This document shows, in pieces, positions 61,155 through 64,000 of a stretch of DNA of 64,000 nt; positions within the stretch are counted from its first letter, which is position 1, and every line of letters begins with the position of its first letter. The notes beneath the pieces were generated by a model. That model did no database searches, was not told the DNA's origin, and saw only the letters and a list, made by a program, of their open reading frames with translations. The position numbers and the translations under genes were made by a program. Source of the stretch: Ramazzottius varieornatus (Eukaryota; Animalia; Tardigrada); assembly GCA_001949185.1 (NCBI GenBank), contig BDGG01000001.1, positions 4,639,624 to 4,703,623 on the forward strand, read 5' to 3'.

Positions 61155-64000
61155 ATGCCTTTGTTGGACAGCTGCATCGTCTTGAAGCAGCAGGCTAACT
61201 ATGCAGCGGGACTATCCAGGTCTATCTACCCTCAACACTCCGAAGGGAGCATATCCAGTGCGCACGGAGAAATTCGGAGAATGCTGGCACCGTCGGGAAC
61301 ACTGAGCACCGAAACTGGCAACAGCACCTTCTATTCAAAGGTAAATTAGCACATTCTCATGCTTGCGCAGGTACAGCATCTTGTCTTATCCAAACGTTGC
61401 TTCAGTTTACGAGATAAGAGTCAAGTCAGAGAGGAAAGCTGCATAGGAAAGGGAATCCGAAATTACATTCACACGCGTGAGATGATATGAGGCGGTGTGT
61501 ATAACAATAATGGCGATAATCTTGCTGCTCCATTTCAGCCAGGGGTGTTTACTGCAACTACTTTACTCCGTGTTGGTCATTTGAGCATGGCGAAAGAGTT
61601 TGCCGTTGCGCAACAAGCTCTCGAGGTCGAGTGGAGCAGTGTGTCCGAGCAGCACTGTGGGTCTTAAGAGATCAGCACTCAGCAGAGCTGGTTGTTGTGT
61701 TTACGCTGCTATCTCGCTGGCGATTCATGGTGAAGCCTAAACGAGAGACGCTCACCGTAATTGTCACTTAATGTTACATGCTAACAAGACATGACCCACT
61801 CATCTGCACACCGCTGAACTTGCAACTGCCCCCCACATTTCTCTCACCCCGAAATGTTTTCTCTTTGACAGTCCGGCATGCAACAGATTGCATCGTCTAA
61901 AGCATCGGGAATCGACGTCATGGAACCTTCCACTTCCGGTCATATCCGTCCCTTACATTCCAGGTGAGTTATCCTCAGATCACCGGTATCTCACCCATGT
62001 TGCAAATTACTCTCCGTTGCAGGTCCGTGGGCAACAACATGGTTCCGAGGTTTCCGAAGCTGCAAGAATGCGCGCACTTCCATTACGAACGAGTGGAACT
62101 AACAGGCATACACGTATGTTGACGAAGAAAAACAACAGAGAAATTTGTGCCGAAGATGTTCATAAATATAGGACCGATACTCGGTAACGTAATGATGGCA
62201 TGTTGTGACATGATAGAGTGAGCTAGGTTTATTTTGCAGTTACTAAAATTGATGATGGCGCTTTCTGCCGATTTTTCGCACAGACGAAACAGTGGCTCGT
62301 TAGAGATGGTAGATGTTGAGGTGCCTTAGGCGAGATATGAAAGGTTTTGTGATTAGAATTGTAATGAGGACGTTGTGCTTTATCAGCGTTAGCTCTTGAC
62401 ATGACACTCTGTAGCAGCTACTGTGGGTGGAATGAAGCGAGAACAAATTCACGCTGATTGTTTCTTCAGAGAGACTTCGAACGCGACTCTCATTGTCTAA
62501 GCTCTCGATAGTCAGTGTGTCTTTTTGACTTCCTTAGGTGACGCTCTACGACGGAGTAGATCGCAGTGAAGTGGAGCCCAGCATTGCCTACCCACCGGAT
62601 GCAGTGCTGGTGGAAGAACAGTACCAGAAGGCGAAGTATTATGGTGTGGATGATAACGGGGAAGATTGCTTTTTCACTCTTTCGGTAAAGAGTAATCACA
62701 AGACTTGGCTGATTCGAAGAACTTTCGAAGAATTTTGCACGTTCGACCAGCAGCTGCACAAATGCATCTACGATCGCAGCTTTAGTCAGCTGATGGAATT
62801 ATCCACTGCCGAAAACAACTCTGAGCAAATCGAGGTAAAGAAAAATTATTTTTGAATACATGATCCCGAATTTCATTGACGAATATGAGAATTTGAATTA
62901 TTTTTGAAAATATTTCGAGTGTTCATATGTGTATGGGAATCGAGAAACCGCAAAGGTTCATCTCAGCTAGGAGAAACTTGCTTTACAACAAGCTGCGAGA
63001 GATTCACAGCCTGATGAACATCCGCCGGAATTAAAAGCGGTTTTTCTGGTTATGCTTTGCAGGTCCTCAAGGCTGAAGTGACTGTCTATTTGGCCCGATT
63101 CTCACAGCTAGCAGGCAATCTGATCAATTGCGCCCCTATCCTCAAATGGCTCGAAGTAAGCAGACTTTGTTTAAACTTTGTCGGACCGTTGTTTAGACAT
63201 TCCAACCAAGTGCAAATTCCTGTACAAGAGCTCCGATTGTACTCATCTCGTTTTTCACAGTTGGACAACCGTGGACACAGGCTCGTCGCTTTTGACGATG
63301 AATCGGCAATAAACACGCCGGCGATCGCTGCCGTCCACGTAAGAACCACTATTATCCATTTTATAGTTATCGCGGCGTTCTTTTGATTTTTTATTATATT
63401 TTGAGCGGTCAAAGAATGAACTGTACCATATCGCTTAAGCACCTGCATAGATCAGCACGCACATTTTCTGTGATGACTGGGTATGTGGGTGCTTGATGGT
63501 ATGGAAAATTCTCGCCGACCTTTCTTTTATGAGGTTTTCTTGCATTTATTTTTATCGCGGGTTTATTTTCTTTAGTGTGTGAAACGTTATATGCCACAAG
63601 CCGGCGACGAGCTGGCCTTAGAGGTTAGAGATGTTGATATCCTGAGTCTCCGTAGCAGCGATTGAGCACGATACGATAGAGTTTGATCCTTCGACTTTTG
63701 CGCGTGCGCTGCCTTGGGTCAAGATGTCGGCAGTTAAACGTCTTAATCGTAGGTTGGTGACATGATTTCGGTGATTGATATGCCTCCCCGTGACGAATCC
63801 GTCTGGTGGAGAGGCAAGAAAGAGCTGGATGTCGGCTTCTTTCCCAGCGATTGTGTCGAAGTTATTGCCGGCCATAACATCCCTTCTGCCAGTAACGGTG
63901 CTGGACAAAGTACTCGAAACCCTGGTGAGTCCTGTTTTGTTTATCGTTTCAAGTTTACAATAAACCTTTTGTCGAGAACTAGCGAGCTCTTCCTGAGCTG
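61155..64000 (+). CDS. ARHGAP32/33 (RICS/CdGAPr)-like RhoGAP, 5' part (PX-like + SH3); runs off window
   Basis: PRFPKLQECAHFHYE, WLIRRTFEEF..DQQLHKCIYDRSFSQL, INCAPILKWLELDNRG, SH3 AINTPAIAA..KRY..DELALEVGDMISVIDMPP..WWRGK..VGFFPSDCV. First exon inferred. Confidence 0.88.
63441..63490. repeat. Family B palindrome, RhoGAP intron
   Basis: acctgcatag-N30-gtatgtgggt. Confidence 0.65.

Overview
Eukaryotic (animal) genomic DNA from a very compact, intron-rich genome with mostly ~55-100 bp introns and one N gap. The architecture is consistent with a tardigrade such as Ramazzottius; this is inference, not verified. In order, the window holds: the last exon of a Q/N-rich repetitive orphan gene, LETM1, STUB1/CHIP, COPG, ABCE1, a single-exon C2H2 + C-clamp (ZNF395/704-like) gene, a decayed partial copy of zfh1, a SAM-SH2 (SLP-76/BLNK-like) adaptor, an HCN channel, a Ly6/quiver-like three-finger protein, a hAT DNA transposon with perfect 17-bp TIRs and an 8-bp TSD, WDFY2, zfh1/ZEB, a doubly frameshifted bacterial-type DNA/RNA non-specific endonuclease, cullin-1, and the 5' part of an ARHGAP32/33 (CdGAPr)-like gene. 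The most unusual signals are: (1) two families of tiny fixed-length palindromes (~73 bp and ~50 bp) that occupy most of the longer introns; (2) the HGT-like nuclease pseudogene, broken exactly at its predicted catalytic His codon; (3) the HCN S4 exon bracketed by two GC-AG introns; (4) an unannotated zfh1 duplicate fragment 36 kb from its parent. All gene names come from motifs recognised by eye; no database search was run.
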